A stretch of DNA of 53,736 nucleotides from Octopus bimaculoides (taxonomy: Eukaryota), in the NCBI RefSeq assembly GCF_001194135.2, contig NC_069005.1:27137383-27191118 (forward strand), given 5' to 3'. Position numbers and translations under genes: made by a program. Under the pieces are notes generated by a model. That model searched no databases. It saw nothing but the letters and a program-made list of their open reading frames with translations, and had not been told where the DNA came from. Positions 49,790 through 53,736 of this stretch are shown here, one piece after another; the first letter of the stretch is position 1; every line of letters starts with the position of its first letter.

Positions 49790-50175
49790 GTTTGCTGTTG
49801 TTCATCAATAATGCTGTCTGTGAAACGTGTTTCTCACCATGTAAAAAAATGAGCATTTTATGTTTGTGTTTATTGTAATAATGGTGATGTGGCACCCATC
49901 AACAAATGTGTAGTGCTCGCTATTAAATGGTCTTTTACTATAAGCACCAAGCAATCCACCTATAGAGCTGACTGCAGTAAGGTAGCCATACAATTTTGTA
50001 ACAATGTTATTTCTACGTACAGCATAATACAGTACCTTGACCCTTAAATGTTGTCCTGTTGTTCATGAAATACTAGGGTCAACTTTTATACAGAGTCTAT
50101 GGAAAATTCACAATTTTGGCGCCAAAAATAGGGGTCGACTTTTACATGAGATCAACTATTACTCGAGTGAAAAAA
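49790..50175. mobile_element. Possible pogo/Tc2-like DNA transposon remnant
   Basis: GGGGTCGACTTTTAC..GATCAACTATTACTCGAGT resembles the subterminal repeats of that group. The coding remnant is not interpretable with confidence. Confidence 0.35.
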
Positions 50176-51264
50176 TTAAAATTTCACGTATGTTTTATAA
50201 TTTCATTCAAACTTCTAAAGCTGATTCAATGGTTAAAATATAAACATCAGCCATAGAAATACATAATTAATATATCGTTAATGAATTTAAACATGATGGA
50301 TAGACCATTTCAGCAGGAAATGTTAGTGGTTCCAATATGACTTGTCTGTGTTTTGACCACTCCTTCTTCTCTATTGAGAGTGGTGAGCACTAGCATAGCT
50401 GGAGTACGTGCCGCCTGATGATGACAATGATGATGGTGTGTCTGTGTATGTATGTATACAGTTATATGTATTTGTGTGTGTGTGTGAGTGAGAGAGAGAG
50501 AGAGATTGTATTGAAAACCAGTGTTGTTTGTGTTATGTCCCTTCATATCACTTCAAAGCGTAGGGGTTCAACAAATACAGATTCATAAAATATGTACCAG
50601 ACAAAAACATGTATAATTGACTAAAACTTTCAAAAGGGAAACAATATCCTGTCATGGCCCCCACCACCAACTACAACAACTAAAACCAATAAAACGATAA
50701 CAAAATTATAGAATAAACAGCATGTTTGTTTGAAATAATATAGCCCATTCCCTGTGAAAAGCAAAAAAAAAAAAAATGGGTTAAATCAATAACAGTTACA
50801 TTCCAGTAATATGGTAGGTACCAGCTATGAGGGTAGGGGTATCAGAGGAAAATGTCAACCATGTAGAGAGTTGTTAATGTTACAAGAGAGTAGCAATAGT
50901 ATAGAAAGAGGTTAAGGGTAGTGGTGTAGTGAAGTGGTGAGATGGTTGAAAAACTGATATACTAAAAGGTTAGTAGGACATAGGAATAGATGTAAAGTGC
51001 TAACAGAAGTCTGAACCTGTTAAAGAAATGAATGGTTATGAGATTTATCAGTGTAACTGATCTTATCAGAAAAACATAAGATTTGATAAGGTAGTTAAAG
51101 AGAAGAAAATGCAAATTAAGGTCAAAGAGAATTAGTTAAGGTTAAAGATGTTTACTAAATTTAAAGTAAAAAAACACATAAAGGATTAAAAATTCATACA
51201 AATGTATAAAATAACAATTGAGGTTTTTTTATGATTGAATAACACCAAAGGATGTGGATTTGAC

Positions 51265-51690
51265 TCAGTGGAATTTGAACTCAGAACGTAAGGACAGATG
51301 AAATACCGCTAAGCATTTCGCCCAGCATGCTAACATTTCTGCCAGCTTACCGCCTTAATTCTTTTTTACTCTAGGCACAAGGCCTGAAATTTTGGGGGAG
51401 GTGGGGCAGTCGATTAGATCGACTCCAGTACGCAACTGGTACTTAATTTATCGACCCTGAAAGGATGAAAGGCAAAGTTGACATTTGCGGAATTTAAACT
51501 CAGAACATAAAGGCAAACAAAATACCGCTATCGACCCCAGTACGCAACTGGTACTTAATTTATCAACCCCGAAAGGATGAAAGGCAAAGTCGACCTCTGC
51601 AGAATTTAAACTCAGAACATAGAGACAAACAAAATACCGCTAAGCATTTCGCCCGGTGTGCTAACATTTCTGCTAGCTCGCTGCCTTATT
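51265..51690 (-). mobile_element. Family D SINE, two or more tandem units
   Basis: Reverse complement of the 47391 family. Diverged copies at 2935-3125, 20415-20545 and 51850-51990. Confidence 0.85.
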
Positions 51691-52468
51691 TGAGAAACCT
51701 CTGGGATACATGAAAACAGACCTGAATCTAGCAACAGAACTAAGAAACTGCTGGCTTGAAGTTAATTCTGTTGTCATAAGAGTATCAAGTGCATCACCAG
51801 TAATGAAGTGAGCTGGATGAATTATTAGCATGCCAAGCATTTCAACTGTCTTTACGTTCTAAGATCAAATTCTGCCAAGGTTAACTATGCCTTTCATGCT
51901 TGATAACATAAGTGCCAGTTGATTACTGGGGTTGATGCAATCAACTTACTCCCACCCCAAACATGGTTGGCCTTGTGCCAAAATTTGAAACCAATAATAA
52001 CGTCTAATAACTGACGTCATGTCATTGATACNNNNNNNNNNNNNNNNNNNNNNNNNNNNNNNNNNNNNNNNNNNNNNNNNNNNNNNNNNNNNNNNNNNNN
52101 NNNNNNNNNNNNNNNNNNNNNNNNNNNNNNNNNNNNNNNNNNNNNNNNNNNNNNNNNNNNNNNNNNNNNNNNNNNNNNNNNNNNNNNNNNNNNNNNNNNN
52201 NNNNNNNNNNNNNNNCATATATGTAGGAATTAAAGGAACTTTCATCGACATGCATTTTGCTCCGTTTATTATTATCCATATCCTCTCAAAATGTATCACT
52301 TTAAATCGGTATATCAACCTGTAAAACGGTTGGGATATCTTGTTTTTTAGTGTAATTTTGCTACCTCTGGTAACTATTAACGTATTCAAATTATCGAAAG
52401 TTTCAATAACTGAGATAATATTAATATATACATAAACCAATATATATATATATATATATATGTATGTA

Positions 52469-52500
<32 letters not shown>

Positions 52501-52879
52501 CATACATATTCAATTAGAGGTTAAATTAGCCTCATTAAGGGATAGTAATATCCATGAATTACTAGTTCATTACCTAATATTTGTTGTGAATAATAATAAT
52601 AATATTCATAAAATGATAGAATAGGGGTCAGAGAAAAAGAGAGAGAAATTATGAGATTCTATGACTTAGATGCGATGACCATTATGTGCCAGCGCCACAT
52701 AAAAAGCACCCAGCACACTCTGTAAAGTGTTTGGTGTTAGGAAGAGTATTCAGTCGTAGAAACCAAGCCAAGTCATACTGGATGCTCTCATGCTTGTCAG
52801 CTCTGGTCAAATAGTCCAACCCATGCCAGCATGGAAAAGGGACATAGCTTTTGCTATGTCAATATAGAGAACATTTAAA

Positions 52880-53330
52880 ATGTTATTACAGCCTATTTCT
52901 TTTATCCAGCAAGAGAGGAGAATAGTAATTGTAAAGTGATTTGATAGAGAGCCATGTTGATAAAATGACACTTTATATTTTGAATTAAATAATTTAGAAT
53001 ATTTGGACAGCAAAGATACTTGAGAAGGATTCTTAGAACATACTGGAAAACCCACATAAACAATGAAAGCATTTTAAAGAGAGTCAACGCAAGACCACTT
53101 ATCAAAATCATCACAGAATGTTGCTTAAAACTAGCAGGTCACATACTACCAGGCTACCAGGACAACGCCATTTTAAAAGAGATTTCAAGTGGATACTCAG
53201 AAGGAAAACAGAAAGATAGTTAGACTGAAAACTACATGGCACATAATATTCATAACCTACATGAGAGAGGGCAATATCACATGGACAAATGCAGAGAAAG
53301 CTGCAGCCAACAAAAACTAATAGTGTTGGC
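52880..53330 (+). mobile_element. Degenerate RTE-type LINE C-terminal fragment
   Basis: LRRILRTYWKTHINNESILKRVNARPLIKIITECCLKLAGHIL resembles the RTE-type LRRIL.I.W..HITNEEL....RRLRLAGH.R. Confidence 0.7.
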
Positions 53331-53522
53331 TTTGCTGTCCATTGTGGTCAAGAGCACAGGAGGAAGTAATACTGATACATAATTTAGCTCTTAAAGGCAA
53401 TTTTTTATATTCAAATTTAAGTCCACATCATTATCTCTGGTAATTACTAAGGAGAAATATTAATTGAAAGTAATTGTTTCATCAGAATTTTTTTTAAATA
53501 ACAGAGTCAGTATTACCAATTA

Positions 53523-53736
53523 ATCATCATCATCATCATCATCGTTTAACGTCCGCTTTCCATGCTAGCATGGGTTGGACGATTTGACTGAGGACTGGTG
53601 AAACCGGATGGCAACACCAGGCTCCAGTCTGATTTGGCAGAGTTTCTACAGCTGGATGCCCTTCCTAACGCCAACCACTCAGAGAGTGTAGTGGGTGCTT
53701 TTACATGTCACCCGCACGAAAACGGCCACGCTCGAA
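53523..53736 (-). mobile_element. RTE 3'-tail repeat (family A), runs off the window
   Basis: Near-identical to 35726-35940. Confidence 0.9.

Noticed and set aside
1-53736. CRISPR arrays, operons or other prokaryotic systems
   Set aside because: The sequence is spliceosomal-intron-containing animal DNA with no regularly spaced repeat-spacer structure.

Overview
Eukaryotic, AT-rich, repeat-dense animal genomic DNA with nine N-gaps. The SINE, MITE and microsatellite landscape looks like an octopus (cephalopod) draft assembly; this is inferred from pattern recognition, not a database hit. Most of the window (383-42651, minus strand) is the 5' part of the gene for splicing factor 1 / branch-point binding protein (SF1/BBP). 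It has four coding exons (42612-42651, 29002-29136, 25024-25099, 383-535) that splice in frame through GT-AG introns of about 13.5, 3.9 and 24.5 kb. They encode MLSATGTKRHMEFDWNAERRKQKKRSRWG...IPGMPTVIP...VHLQIEEISRRLRTGDLGIPPNPEDRSPSPEPIYNHEGKRLNTRDYRTRKKLEEDRH...YKPPADY. The gene continues beyond position 1. Introns and the upstream region are filled with tRNA-head SINEs, RTE and CR1/L2 LINE fragments, hAT-, piggyBac- and Tc1/pogo-type MITEs and microsatellites. The most interesting signals are several candidate unproductive-splicing (AS-NMD) switches in SF1: a 64-nt frameshifting cassette exon whose 5' splice site lies in a hairpin, and an upstream alternative acceptor at exon 2 with a TACTAA-type branch point that introduces a stop. 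Together they suggest an autoregulatory circuit. A CpG-rich domain also starts at the SF1 promoter. None of this is confirmed by transcript data. Most ORF-track entries are spurious.
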